DNA from: Syntrophorhabdaceae bacterium
Lineage (GTDB): Bacteria; Desulfobacterota; Syntrophorhabdia; Syntrophorhabdales; Syntrophorhabdaceae
Direction: 5' to 3'
Assembly (NCBI GenBank): GCA_963665295.1
Contig: OY762209.1
Location: 4,064,001 to 4,128,000, forward strand
Length of the DNA stretch: 64,000 bases
The position numbers and the translations under genes are program-made. Under the pieces are notes generated by a model. The model did not search any database, had not been told where the DNA came from, and was given only the letters and a program-made list of their open reading frames with translations. Shown one piece after another: positions 40,176 to 50,308 of this stretch (position 1 is its first letter; each line of letters opens with the position of its first letter).

Positions 40176-41432
40176 ATGTACAGAAAGACGGTCCTTCCAA
40201 ATGATATCACGGTAGTAACCGAGTCGATTTCCTATTTCCCTACCGTTTCGATAGGGATTTGGTGGAAGACCGGCGGCAGGTTCGAAGACGAGGCGAACAA
40301 CGGCATTTCCCATTTCCTCGAACACATGTTGTTCAAGGGGACGTCTCGCCGGTCCGCCTACGACATCGCTCGCGAGATCGACGCCGTAGGCGGAACGCTC
40401 AATGCCTTCACAGGCAAAGAGTCCACATGTCTCTATGCGAGGGTATTGAAAAAAGACATGGATATTGCTCTCGACATACTCGCCGATATGTGCAAACAAT
40501 CCGTATTTGACGAGGACGACATAGAGAAAGAAAAGTACGTCGTCGTACAGGAAATAAAGATGATCGACGACAACCCCGAGGAATACGTATACGACCTCTT
40601 TAACGCCACCTATTTCTCGGGACACCCCCTCGGTATGTCGATTCTCGGCACACAGAAAAATGTGGAAGCTTTCACCAAGAAAAAACTGACAAGTCATTTC
40701 AAAAGGTATTACAGCCCTCAGAATGTGGTCATTACCGCGACAGGAAGGATCGACCACGACGTCTTCGTGAAGAAGATAGAGGCACTCTTCAGTATAACCA
40801 GGCCCAATGTCCCGACGGCGGTCATCGAAAAGCCTGAACCCCACGCAGGGGTTCATTTTTACGAGAAGGACCTCGAACACGCCTATCTGTGCATAGGCAC
40901 CCGGGGCGTAAGCCAGGTCGATGAAAAACGCTATCCCCTGTACGTGCTCAACGCACTTCTGGGGGGGAGCATGAGTTCCCACCTATTCCAGGAGATCCGT
41001 GAAAAACGCGGACTCGTGTACAATATATACTCTTACGTCAATTGCTACCACGATACGGGTACATTCGGCATTTCCACATCCACATCCCGCGAGTCCGTCG
41101 AGGAAGTTATTACCCTCATCAAGAAGGAAATCATGCGGGTCAGGGATACAGGCATCACCGATGCCGAACTCGCCTTCTCGAAGAAACACATTAAAGGCAA
41201 TCTTTTCATCTCTCTTGAAAGTTCCGAGTCAAGAATGGGGAGACTTGCCAAGAATGAGCTTTATTTCGGTACCTACGTCCCTCTCAAAGAGACCTTACAT
41301 TCCATAGACCGTATCCGCAAATCGGATGTGAATGAAATGGGCCGCTTCATTTTCGGCGATCCCGATCACCTTTCCCTCACGGTCCTTGGGAATGTCGACA
41401 AGAAAACTGTCAAACACGCATGGAAGAGCTAG
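40176..41432 (+). CDS. M16 (pitrilysin-family) zinc peptidase
   Basis: HFLEH inverted zinc motif, [24 protein letters not shown]. Confidence 0.94.
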   Translation: MYRKTVLPNDITVVTESISYFPTVSIGIWWKTGGRFEDEANNGISHFLEHMLFKGTSRRSAYDIAREIDAVGGTLNAFTGKESTCLYARVLKKDMDIALDILADMCKQSVFDEDDIEKEKYVVVQEIKMIDDNPEEYVYDLFNATYFSGHPLGMSILGTQKNVEAFTKKKLTSHFKRYYSPQNVVITATGRIDHDVFVKKIEALFSITRPNVPTAVIEKPEPHAGVHFYEKDLEHAYLCIGTRGVSQVDEKRYPLYVLNALLGGSMSSHLFQEIREKRGLVYNIYSYVNCYHDTGTFGISTSTSRESVEEVITLIKKEIMRVRDTGITDAELAFSKKHIKGNLFISLESSESRMGRLAKNELYFGTYVPLKETLHSIDRIRKSDVNEMGRFIFGDPDHLSLTVLGNVDKKTVKHAWKS

Positions 41433-41860
41433 AAGTCCTCATCTCCATGGCAGACGGGGCACGACTGCCCGAGTATGCAACCCGTGCGTCGTCGGGCATG
41501 GACCTGTGCGCACTCATCGATCAACCTGTCATCCTCCTGCCTCTGGAGCGCACCCTCATACCTACGGGCATCTTCCTCAGTATCCCTGAGGGCCGCGAGG
41601 CTCAGATACGGCCACGGAGCGGACTTGCCCACAAGTTCGGGGTCACCGTGGTGAATGCCCCGGGGACTATAGACGCGGACTACAGGGGCGAAATCAAAGT
41701 GCTCCTCATCAATCTCGGCAGTGAACCTTTCACCGTAAATAACGGAGACAGAATCGCCCAGATGGTTTTCGGGGGTATAGCCAGGGCCCGTTGGAGGACT
41801 GCCAGTGCATTACCCGAAACTCAAAGGGGCGAAGGCGGTTTTGGTTCCACAGGTATTTGA
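41420..41860 (+). CDS. dut: dUTP diphosphatase
   Basis: Motifs [36 protein letters not shown]. Confidence 0.97.
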   Translation: MEELEVLISMADGARLPEYATRASSGMDLCALIDQPVILLPLERTLIPTGIFLSIPEGREAQIRPRSGLAHKFGVTVVNAPGTIDADYRGEIKVLLINLGSEPFTVNNGDRIAQMVFGGIARARWRTASALPETQRGEGGFGSTGI

Positions 41861-42814
41861 ATGAATCTATACCAGTGCCTTGACAATTTTATCAGCTATC
41901 TCACTGCGGAAAGAGGCGCTTCCGTACACACCGTCGATGCATACAACAGAGATGTTCTCGCTTTCATAAGATATGCCCTGCCCTCCTCCGAAGAAGGCCC
42001 TCATGCCGCGCAAGGAGGCGTTTCCAACGGCAGAAAGAAGCCCTCCTCGTCTCCGGAACGGACATCCCCTCAGGGGGTGGACGCATCCCTGGTTACGAGG
42101 CAAAATATCGAGGCCTACATTGGACATCTGAGACAGGAGGGCAAGAAGACGAGAAGTATTGTGAGGGCCATTTCAGCTCTCAGAAGCTTTTTCGGCTTTC
42201 TCATCACCGACGGCTCCGTGATCAAGAACCCCCTTGAAGAAGTGGAGATCCCGAAATTCACCATGCCCATCCCGGAAGTCCTGAGTGAGCAGGAAGTGCT
42301 GGAACTGCTCAATCTCCCCACGGGAGCGCGCACATCGGTGCGGGACAGGACCATCCTCGAACTTCTGTATGCCACCGGGTTGAGAGTCTCCGAACTTATC
42401 AAATTGAAGAAGAGCGATGTCAACCTCGACGCGGGATTCCTCGTCGCTTCAGGAAAGAGGTCTAAAGAACGCATTGTCCCGTTGGGGTCCTATTCCCGGG
42501 AAGCGATCAAATCCTACCTTCAGGAGGAGGAACCGAAAGGTGCTCACCTGTTTCCGAACAGGCGCGGAGGGATGCTCACCCGGCAGGCTATCTGGAAAAT
42601 CATAAGAAAGTACGGGCTCCAGATGGATAAAGACCATATCTCCCCCCACACCATGCGACATACTTTCGCCACTCACCTTCTCGAAGGAGGAGCCGACCTC
42701 CGTTCGGTCCAGATCCTCCTGGGCCATGAAGATATCTCCACGACCCAGATATACACCCACGTGGACAGTAAGAGGCTAAAGGAAGTACACAAAAAATATC
42801 ATCCCAGGGGCTAA
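41861..42814 (+). CDS. xerD: Site-specific tyrosine recombinase XerD
   Basis: Motifs LYATGLRVSEL, GKRSKERIVP, HTMRHTFATHLL, LGH, TTQIYT, HPR. Confidence 0.88.
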   Translation: MNLYQCLDNFISYLTAERGASVHTVDAYNRDVLAFIRYALPSSEEGPHAAQGGVSNGRKKPSSSPERTSPQGVDASLVTRQNIEAYIGHLRQEGKKTRSIVRAISALRSFFGFLITDGSVIKNPLEEVEIPKFTMPIPEVLSEQEVLELLNLPTGARTSVRDRTILELLYATGLRVSELIKLKKSDVNLDAGFLVASGKRSKERIVPLGSYSREAIKSYLQEEEPKGAHLFPNRRGGMLTRQAIWKIIRKYGLQMDKDHISPHTMRHTFATHLLEGGADLRSVQILLGHEDISTTQIYTHVDSKRLKEVHKKYHPRG

Positions 42815-45474
42815 TGAAAGTCATTACGAGTCATAATAATGCCGATTTTGATTCGCTTTCATCCATGGTAGCCGCAAAAAAGCTCTATCCCGACGCCATC
42901 CTGGCCTTTCCCGGCTCCCAGGAAAAGACGCTGAGGGAGTTCCTCATCAATTCCACCCTTTATGTCTACGACATAGGGAAGATGAAGAAGATCGACTACG
43001 AACTCATCGACACATTGATCCTTGTGGATACCCGGCAAAGGACAAGGATCGGGGATTTCGCTAAAGCCGCGGCCAATGAAAAGGTGAAGATTCACATATA
43101 CGATCACCATCCACCTTCCAGGGAAGACCTGAAAGGTGAAGTCGAGGTTATAAGGAATACGGGGGCCTGCGTCACCATACTCATATCCCTGCTGAGAGAG
43201 CAGCAAATACCCATCTCCCCGGAAGAGGCAACCATCATGATGTTGGGCATTTACGAGGAGACTGGCAGTTTCCTTTTCCCTTCCACCACCATCGACGATT
43301 TTCAGGCTGCATCCTTTCTCCTCTCAAAAGGGGCGAACGTCAACCTCGTCTCCGATATGCTCGTAAAAGAGATCACCCCTGAACAGGTATTCCTTCTCAA
43401 TGACCTTATCAGCAATGCGACCGTTTACAGCATCAATGGAGTGGACGTGGTAATAGCCGAGGGAAGTTCCGAGAGCTACGTGGGAGATCTCGCCGTGGTT
43501 GTCCACAAATTCAGGGATATGGAGAATATCAACGTGGTATTTGCTTTGTTCAGAATGGAGGACAGAGTGTATATCATAGGGAGAAGTCGTATTCCCGAGG
43601 TCGATGTGGGTCACATATTGTCCCTCCTTGGCGGTGGCGGGCACAAGGAGGCAGCCTCTTCCACGATCAAGGATATGACCATAATCGAGGCGCAGGAATC
43701 ACTCCTGGAGCATCTGAGGCATAATGTGAAACCCCTGTGGAGGGCAAGGGACATCATGTTCTTTCCCGTAAAATCCATAGACGCCGATGCAACTATAGAA
43801 GAAGCGCGGGTATTGATGGTCAAATACAATATAAATGCGCTCCCGGTGATTCTCAACGGCAAGGTTGCCGGCATCATCAGCAGACAGATAGTGGGCAAAG
43901 CCGCATTCCACAGGCTTGAAGATATTGCGGTAAGGGAATACATGAGCACCGAATCGGCCACGGTGGAAGAAAACGATTCCATCGAAAAGGTAAAAGAGGT
44001 CATCATCGGCGGTAATCAAAGGTTTGTGCCCGTGGTACGGGAAGGAGAACTGATCGGAGCCATTACACGAACCGATCTCCTTCGGGTGCTTGAAGACGAG
44101 ATAGCGAAGTCCATTCTCGGCAAACTTGAGTCTCACGACCTTTACCGGAAGCACAAGAACGTCAAAAAACTGATGGAGGAAAGACTCGACAGGAGCACCC
44201 TCCAGAAGCTGACGGACATAGGGAAGCTTTCGGACTCCATGGGATACCACTCCTTTCTCGTCGGCGGATTTGTAAGGGACCTTCTTCTCCGGATAGAGAA
44301 TTCCGACATCGACATCGTGATAGAAGGGGATGGTCTGACCTTTGCGGAGGAGATGGCGAAGGCCTTCAACGCCAAGGTCCGTCCCCATAAAGAATTCGGT
44401 ACGGCAAAGGTCATCTACGCCGACGGTTTCAAAATCGATATCGCGACTGCCAGGCTTGAATATTACAAAGCGCCCGCGGCTCTCCCCATAGTCGAACACA
44501 GCTCTCTGAAACTCGACTTGCACAGAAGGGATTTTACGATAAACACACTTGCCATATCCTTGAACAAAAACAACTTCGGCCAGCTCATCGATTTCTTCGG
44601 TGGACAGCGGGATATAAAAGAGAGAACTATCAGGGTGCTCCATAGCCTCAGCTTTGTGGAAGATCCGACAAGGGTGTTCAGGGCCATAAGGTTTGAGCAC
44701 AGGTTCGGGTTCCAGATCGGCAAACACACCCTCAACCTCACCAAGAACACCATCAAGATGGGCTTTTTGTCCAGGATCAGGGGCAAACGGCTATGGACCG
44801 AACTCTCGCTTATCCTTTTGGAAGACCAGCCCGAAAAGATCCTGAAGAGGCTCCAGGAGTTCGACCTTTTGAGGTCCGTCTCCCCCCACCTTACCTTCAG
44901 CAAGGAAAAGGAAAGACTCTTTCAGCAGATGCACGACGTATACAGGTGGTATGAACTCCTTTACAAGGGCAAGCCCTGTGAAAAGATCGCCTTCTACGTG
45001 CTGGGCCTGATCGATCATATGAAGCCCGAAGATATCTGGGATTTCTGCAGAAAGATGGAGATGACCGAGAGCCTGAGGCGCAAAACGGTGGGCGACATGG
45101 ACAAGATAAGGGAGATCATGGCAAAGCTCTCCTACGGCACACATACCATGAAGAAAAGCGATGCCTACAGGATGTATGAAGTCCTTTCGCAGGAAGCCAA
45201 GCTGTTTATCATGGCTCGGACCAGGTCGGAGGATATAAAAAAATCCATATCGAATTTCATTACTTACAGCGATACGTTCAAGCCGGTACTCTCGGGGAAG
45301 GATCTCAAGAAGATGGGCGTGAAGGAAGGCCCCGTGTACCGGGAGATACTGGACAGATTGAGGGATGCAAAGATCGACGACAACCTGAGGACCAAAGAGG
45401 AAGAGATAACCTTTGTAAATAGTTACATGTCAGAGAGAGGAATCACCGATGAACATGTTTCCCACACCCCTTGA
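42814..45474 (+). CDS. DHH-DHHA1-CBS-tRNA nucleotidyltransferase multidomain protein (CCA/A-adding type)
   Basis: N-terminal DFD, DHH, GGGH; CBS pair; VGGFVRD, DIDIV, RRDFTIN, EDPTRVFRA. Confidence 0.92.
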   Translation: MKVITSHNNADFDSLSSMVAAKKLYPDAILAFPGSQEKTLREFLINSTLYVYDIGKMKKIDYELIDTLILVDTRQRTRIGDFAKAAANEKVKIHIYDHHPPSREDLKGEVEVIRNTGACVTILISLLREQQIPISPEEATIMMLGIYEETGSFLFPSTTIDDFQAASFLLSKGANVNLVSDMLVKEITPEQVFLLNDLISNATVYSINGVDVVIAEGSSESYVGDLAVVVHKFRDMENINVVFALFRMEDRVYIIGRSRIPEVDVGHILSLLGGGGHKEAASSTIKDMTIIEAQESLLEHLRHNVKPLWRARDIMFFPVKSIDADATIEEARVLMVKYNINALPVILNGKVAGIISRQIVGKAAFHRLEDIAVREYMSTESATVEENDSIEKVKEVIIGGNQRFVPVVREGELIGAITRTDLLRVLEDEIAKSILGKLESHDLYRKHKNVKKLMEERLDRSTLQKLTDIGKLSDSMGYHSFLVGGFVRDLLLRIENSDIDIVIEGDGLTFAEEMAKAFNAKVRPHKEFGTAKVIYADGFKIDIATARLEYYKAPAALPIVEHSSLKLDLHRRDFTINTLAISLNKNNFGQLIDFFGGQRDIKERTIRVLHSLSFVEDPTRVFRAIRFEHRFGFQIGKHTLNLTKNTIKMGFLSRIRGKRLWTELSLILLEDQPEKILKRLQEFDLLRSVSPHLTFSKEKERLFQQMHDVYRWYELLYKGKPCEKIAFYVLGLIDHMKPEDIWDFCRKMEMTESLRRKTVGDMDKIREIMAKLSYGTHTMKKSDAYRMYEVLSQEAKLFIMARTRSEDIKKSISNFITYSDTFKPVLSGKDLKKMGVKEGPVYREILDRLRDAKIDDNLRTKEEEITFVNSYMSERGITDEHVSHTP

Positions 45475-46192
45475 AGTAAGTGTCGCCTGCTATGAGGGGC
45501 CGCTCGCCGTCCTCATCACCCTCATAAAGAAGAACAAGGTAAGTATCTGGGATATACCCCTTGCCGACATTACGGAAAGGTTTCTCCAATATGTGGAACT
45601 GGTAACGGAGATGAATCTCAGGATCGCGGAAGACTTCATCGAGATGGCCTCCCTTCTTATCTTCATTAAATCAAAAATGCTTCTTCCATCGGACAACGGC
45701 AACGTAGAGGACGATACGGGCGAGGAACTTGTCGAGAGGATCATTGAATACGAGCGGATAAGGGATATGTCCCGCGCGGTGGATAACCTCCCCATGCTTG
45801 ACCGTGATGTGTTTGCCCGGGGTGTGAAGACGATCGACCGTGAAACGGAGTACAATCTTCTGGAGCTTTCCTCGGTATTCTTCGAGCTTATGAGGAGCAG
45901 GGAAGAGCGGTATATGGAGATAAAGGAGATAAGACCCACCCTCGAAGAGAGGATACATATGCTCCGCACCGTTCTTGACGCCTCCGGCCTCTATGTCTGG
46001 GCTGTGGACGCAGAGGAGGAGCACAACGAGAAGGTAGCCACCATTCTCGGCATGCTTGAACTGACCAAGGTCAATGTGGCGACCTTACTCCAAAGAAGGC
46101 CTTTCGGCAAAGTCATTTTGCGGAAAAGGGGATACCCCGTTGGCGGTGGACGGCAGGGCGTACCGGCGGCGTTCGATACGAGCGCCGAATGA
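45449..46192 (+). CDS. scpA: Segregation and condensation protein A
   Basis: YEGPL..L..LI, IWDIPLADITERFL, FIEMAS.LI.IKSKMLLP. Confidence 0.9.
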   Translation: MNMFPTPLEVSVACYEGPLAVLITLIKKNKVSIWDIPLADITERFLQYVELVTEMNLRIAEDFIEMASLLIFIKSKMLLPSDNGNVEDDTGEELVERIIEYERIRDMSRAVDNLPMLDRDVFARGVKTIDRETEYNLLELSSVFFELMRSREERYMEIKEIRPTLEERIHMLRTVLDASGLYVWAVDAEEEHNEKVATILGMLELTKVNVATLLQRRPFGKVILRKRGYPVGGGRQGVPAAFDTSAE

Positions 46193-46227
46193 GCACGATA
46201 TGAGACGGGCGATAAAAGGGGGTCAAC

Positions 46228-47091
46228 ATGTCTAGAACCAAGAAAACGCTTTTAGTCCTGGTGGTAATAGTAATATTCGTCTTTGTGGGCTCCTTTATCA
46301 TAGGCATCTCAGGCAAGGGTTTCGGTGACAAGATAGGAGTTGTCGAGATAGAAGGGGTCATTACCCAGTCAAGTGAAACCATGGAAGACATCGTCAAGTT
46401 CAAAGAGGACGACGCAATAAGGGGGGTCATCCTCCGGATCAACTCTCCCGGCGGGTCAGTGGGGCCCACGCAGGAAATATACCGCGAGGTAAGGAAGCTG
46501 AGAGAGAAGAAAAAGGTCTTTGTCTCAATGGGCTCCGTGTGTGCCTCGGGAGGATATTACATTGCCAGCGCGGCCGACAGGATATATGCGAACCCTTCCA
46601 CTATTACGGGGAGCATAGGCGTCATAATGGAACAGACCGTGATCGAGGACCTCCTGAAGAAGATCGGGGTGCAGGCGAATACACTTAAGGCAGGCGAATA
46701 CAAAGACGTGGGTTCTCCTTTCAGAAAGATGAAACCGGAAGAGAGGGCTTACCTCGGACGCATAATTACCGGCATACATGAACAGTTCATTTCTGACGTC
46801 GCCGCAGGAAGAGGCATGACGGTTGAAACCGCAAAAACCTTCTCCGATGGAAGAATCTACACGGGAACTCAGGCAAAAGAAATAAAGCTCGTGGACAGGA
46901 TCGGCACGTTCTACGATTGCCGGGATGAACTGAAGAGCACCCTCAACATCAAGGGGAAGCCCGTCCTCGTGTATGGAAAGAAACCCTTCTCATTTGCGAA
47001 ATGGCTTTTTTCGTCCATGGCGCACGAACTGATTTCCCAGAGCGCCACATCCCCCTTCAAGTTCCTGTTCAAGGGCGGATTGGACCTTTAA
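46228..47091 (+). CDS. sppA: Signal peptide peptidase SppA (S49, short type)
   Basis: Motifs INSPGGSV, ASGGYYIA, TGSIGV, GEYKD. Confidence 0.94.
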   Translation: MSRTKKTLLVLVVIVIFVFVGSFIIGISGKGFGDKIGVVEIEGVITQSSETMEDIVKFKEDDAIRGVILRINSPGGSVGPTQEIYREVRKLREKKKVFVSMGSVCASGGYYIASAADRIYANPSTITGSIGVIMEQTVIEDLLKKIGVQANTLKAGEYKDVGSPFRKMKPEERAYLGRIITGIHEQFISDVAAGRGMTVETAKTFSDGRIYTGTQAKEIKLVDRIGTFYDCRDELKSTLNIKGKPVLVYGKKPFSFAKWLFSSMAHELISQSATSPFKFLFKGGLDL

Positions 47092-47108
47092 ATAAGCAAT
47101 GTTACCCT

Positions 47109-47858
47109 ATGACCACAAGAACCTCACAGCTGTCACTTCTCCTGCTTGCATGCGTACTCACAGGCCTGTCCGTTTTCGGCCATGTCGGTATGCCTGCCAC
47201 TCTCGCACAGACCGTGACTGATCCGTTCAGCCCCAGCCTCAACCTCTCATTCGCAGGCATACCGGGAGAATCGACCCAACTTCTCCTTGCAGTGGGCGAA
47301 AACCGCGCTACCAGGTCGGTTGTCCTCTACGTCCTGGAGAAGAATCGCAATGGCTGGACTTCCGCCTTTCCCTCCCCCATCAACGCGGTCATCGGTCGGA
47401 ACGGTTTCGCCGAACCAGGAGGAAAACGCGAAGGTGACGGCAAAACACCCTCCGGTGTATATGCCCTTGAGTTCGCTTTCGGCTATACTCCGGAGGCGAA
47501 CACCAGGATGCCTTACAGGAAGGCAACGGAGGCCGACGTGTGGGTCGATGACCCTGAATCTCCCGATTATAACAGGTGGGTTTCGGGAAAAACGGGGGCC
47601 TCTTCTTTTGAGCAAATGCGGCGCAGCGATGGCCTTTACAAGTACGGTATTGTAATCGGGTACAACACGAGGCCCGTGGTTCGGGGGTTGGGCAGCGCCA
47701 TATTCCTCCATCTCTGGAAAGGGACCGGGGCGCCCACGTCAGGCTGCGTGGCCATGGCGGAAAAGGACCTCCTCCGTATTCTTGCCTGGCTCGATCCAAA
47801 GAAAAAGCCCCTCATCGCCATGGGGGAGCAAAAAACCATTTTCTCTCTCGTAAAGTAA
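47109..47858 (+). CDS. L,D-transpeptidase (YkuD) family protein
   Basis: Signal peptide; KREGDGKTPSG, WVDDP, GSAIFLH, TSGCVA. Confidence 0.9.
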   Translation: MTTRTSQLSLLLLACVLTGLSVFGHVGMPATLAQTVTDPFSPSLNLSFAGIPGESTQLLLAVGENRATRSVVLYVLEKNRNGWTSAFPSPINAVIGRNGFAEPGGKREGDGKTPSGVYALEFAFGYTPEANTRMPYRKATEADVWVDDPESPDYNRWVSGKTGASSFEQMRRSDGLYKYGIVIGYNTRPVVRGLGSAIFLHLWKGTGAPTSGCVAMAEKDLLRILAWLDPKKKPLIAMGEQKTIFSLVK

Positions 47859-47889
47859 GAATGTATGGACGGAATAGTATCGCGGGGTG

Positions 47890-49518
47890 TTACTGAAGCG
47901 TGAGCCCACCTTCTTCAAGGGCCTTTATGCACGCGTCGACCACGGAGGAGTCGTAAAGCACGCCCCTATGGCGCGAGACTTCCTGCAAGGCCTGTTCAAT
48001 CCCCAAGGCCGGCCTATAAGGTCTATGGGAAGCCATTGACTCAACTACATCGGCAACAGCCAGGATCCTCGCCTCAAGTATGAGGTCATCTCCTCTGATA
48101 CCCTCCGGGTAGCCTGAACCGTCCAGCCTCTCGTGGTGCTGTAGAACCGCCACGCTTACCGGCCAGGGAAACTCTATACCTTTCAGGATATTATATCCTA
48201 CCTGGGAGTGGGCTTTGATCATGTTGAATTCAAGGTCATTGAGTTCACCCGGTTTGCTCAGTATCTCTGCAGGAACTACTATTTTCCCTATATCGTGAAG
48301 AAATCCGATGACCTGCATACCTTCAAGCCTGTCCTCGGTAAGACCCAACTGTCCCGCTATTGCGCATGCGAGCTGCGCCACACGTCTCTGATGCCCTGCC
48401 GTGTAAGGGTCTCTCATCTCTATGGTGGTGGCGAGGGCCCGCACCGTGCCGTCAAGACTCTTTCTCAGGTTTTCAAAGCTCTCATTCAACGCCTCCCCCG
48501 CCTTCTTGCTCTCCGTGATGTCTTCCACGGTGCCTTCATAGTACTCGACCCGGCCATTGCTGTCCCGTACTGCATGGGCATTCATTGCAATCCAGATTGT
48601 CCGTCCGTCCCTTCGGAATATCCTTGTTTCAAAGCGCTGGACCGAGCCTTGTGTCTCAAGGGCCTGCCCCAGCGCGGCCCAACTCTCGGGATCGACGTAA
48701 CGCCGGTTCTTTATGTAATCCGATGCTCCATACATCTCCTGGGCCGACGAGAAACCAAGCATCCTGGCATACGCGGGATTCACGCTCAGAAATGTGCCTT
48801 CCGGAGTGCTCCGGAAAATACCGTCGATAGCATTCTCGAAGATGCTCCGGTATTGCTCCTCGGACTCCACGAGCGCGGCTTGGGCTTTCTTCCGTTCCAG
48901 GATTTCTTCCTCGAGGAAGCGCGTCTTTTCCTGCACCCTCTCTTCGAGATGATTGTTCAATTTCTTAAGTTCGAGCCTTGTCTGTTCAAGATTCCGGTTC
49001 TGGTGAAGCATGTTCTGATACGTAGAGAGCAGGTAGTTCACGATCTTTTGCGGTTCAACAGCGACGCGGAGCGTCTCCTCTCCCGTCTTGATCTCCACCA
49101 TGGCTTTTCTATCATCCTTGTTGCCCCGGGACCCTGTTTTTCCGTCGGCAAGGATGACCTCTATGGCAGAGAGCAGCACCTGTTTGTCGTAGGGCTTTGT
49201 AAGGTAATAGTCCGCCCCGGCCTCAAGACCTTTTACAATATCCCGTATGTCCGAAAGAGATGTGAGGAGTATAACAGGGATGCTATGGAGGTTCTTGTCA
49301 TCCTTTACTGCCCGGCAGAACTCATAACCGTTCATTTTTGGCATCCACACATCGCTGACAATCAGGTTGGGCCTGATCGTCATGAGCTCATACAACCCCT
49401 CGAGCCCATTCTCCACGGCGTGAACACCGTATCCGTTTTCGGTGAGAATCTTTGCGAGCGCTACAGACTGGGCTTTACTGTCCTCTGCAATGAGAATCTC
49501 CGCCTTAGCCCTGTTCAA
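47890..49518 (-). CDS. REC-PAS-HD-GYP cyclic dinucleotide phosphodiesterase
   Basis: REC (AEDS, SDVWMP, TKP); PAS/PAC (EDITE); RDPYTAGH, HDIGK, HHERLDGSGYP. TTG 49518 after a GGAGG SD is the likely start. Confidence 0.93.
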   Translation of the reverse strand: MNRAKAEILIAEDSKAQSVALAKILTENGYGVHAVENGLEGLYELMTIRPNLIVSDVWMPKMNGYEFCRAVKDDKNLHSIPVILLTSLSDIRDIVKGLEAGADYYLTKPYDKQVLLSAIEVILADGKTGSRGNKDDRKAMVEIKTGEETLRVAVEPQKIVNYLLSTYQNMLHQNRNLEQTRLELKKLNNHLEERVQEKTRFLEEEILERKKAQAALVESEEQYRSIFENAIDGIFRSTPEGTFLSVNPAYARMLGFSSAQEMYGASDYIKNRRYVDPESWAALGQALETQGSVQRFETRIFRRDGRTIWIAMNAHAVRDSNGRVEYYEGTVEDITESKKAGEALNESFENLRKSLDGTVRALATTIEMRDPYTAGHQRRVAQLACAIAGQLGLTEDRLEGMQVIGFLHDIGKIVVPAEILSKPGELNDLEFNMIKAHSQVGYNILKGIEFPWPVSVAVLQHHERLDGSGYPEGIRGDDLILEARILAVADVVESMASHRPYRPALGIEQALQEVSRHRGVLYDSSVVDACIKALEEGGLTLQ

Positions 49519-49852
49519 TTCTGCTCCTCCAAAACCAGGCCACCATCTTTTGACATCCTCGTCATCTCTTTGCCCCATTCACCGGAAAACTTGGAACCCA
49601 TTCCGGACCCGGCGTGGTGATACCAATAAATGCAACTTCCCCGAAAACCCGTCTTATGTTCCGCCTACGTCCATGTGGGCATCACGGGGTTGTGCGGGCA
49701 AACTACGGGACCTCCCCCGCACCAAGGCAAGAACCTTCACTACCTCTTAAAGTTTTCGGGTAAATTCTCAAATTCTTTAGTGCATTTTTTAACTTTCTCG
49801 GAATTTCCGGACAACTCTCCGGTTACGCCGTCAATCCCGGCGCGCAGCAGGG

Positions 49853-50308
49853 CTAAAACCCGTTCTTTGCCGAGAGAATGGCATATTCAAACCCATCGAC
49901 AAGGGCGATGAAGGATGCCATGTTGATGTTGGGCGAAATAGCGGCTACACTCCATATCTCCGCGCCGTCCGTAAATATGATAGTGACTTCCACTTGTGCC
50001 GCCGTGCCCGTCTTCGATTCGTGTATCCGCGACGAAAAGTCCACGAGCTTAATGCTCTGTATCACGGGGAATATGGAAGCAAGGGATTTCTTCAACACGT
50101 TCGCAAGGGCATCCACAGGCCCTACCCCCGTCGATGCTTCATGCATCTGACGGTCCGCCGTCCTGATAATTACGGTTGCCTCCGGTCTCACGCCGTCATC
50201 GATCAGCCTGTAGGCCCCTAAGACTTCGAAGGGGCTCCTGTGCCCGTCAAGGGAGCGGAGTATGTTGAGTTCCTTTGTCGCATCCTTTATGTCAAGAAGC
50301 CTCTTCAC
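49853..50308 (-). CDS. Stand-alone LeuA/CimA allosteric (dimerisation) domain protein
   Basis: Aligns by eye to the C-terminus of the upstream CimA (EAT, GxGPVxAL, ASxxALVD); GTGA-coupled. Confidence 0.85.
   Translation of the reverse strand: MKRLLDIKDATKELNILRSLDGHRSPFEVLGAYRLIDDGVRPEATVIIRTADRQMHEASTGVGPVDALANVLKKSLASIFPVIQSIKLVDFSSRIHESKTGTAAQVEVTIIFTDGAEIWSVAAISPNINMASFIALVDGFEYAILSAKNGF

Noticed and set aside
41861..42814. Tyrosine recombinase as a phage or integron integrase
   Set aside because: XerD-type motifs, embedded in a housekeeping operon, no attC-like cassettes.
48208..49620. Long 470-aa plus-strand ORF (and similar ones at 33812-34921, 43699-44727, 56447-57349, 60695-61564)
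   Set aside because: Antisense to well-supported genes, with no motifs; expected from codon bias.
49680..49740. GGGCAAAC-containing hairpin near the HD-GYP gene as a c-di-GMP-I riboswitch
   Set aside because: Wrong strand for the gene and lacks the GNRA/receptor and second stem.
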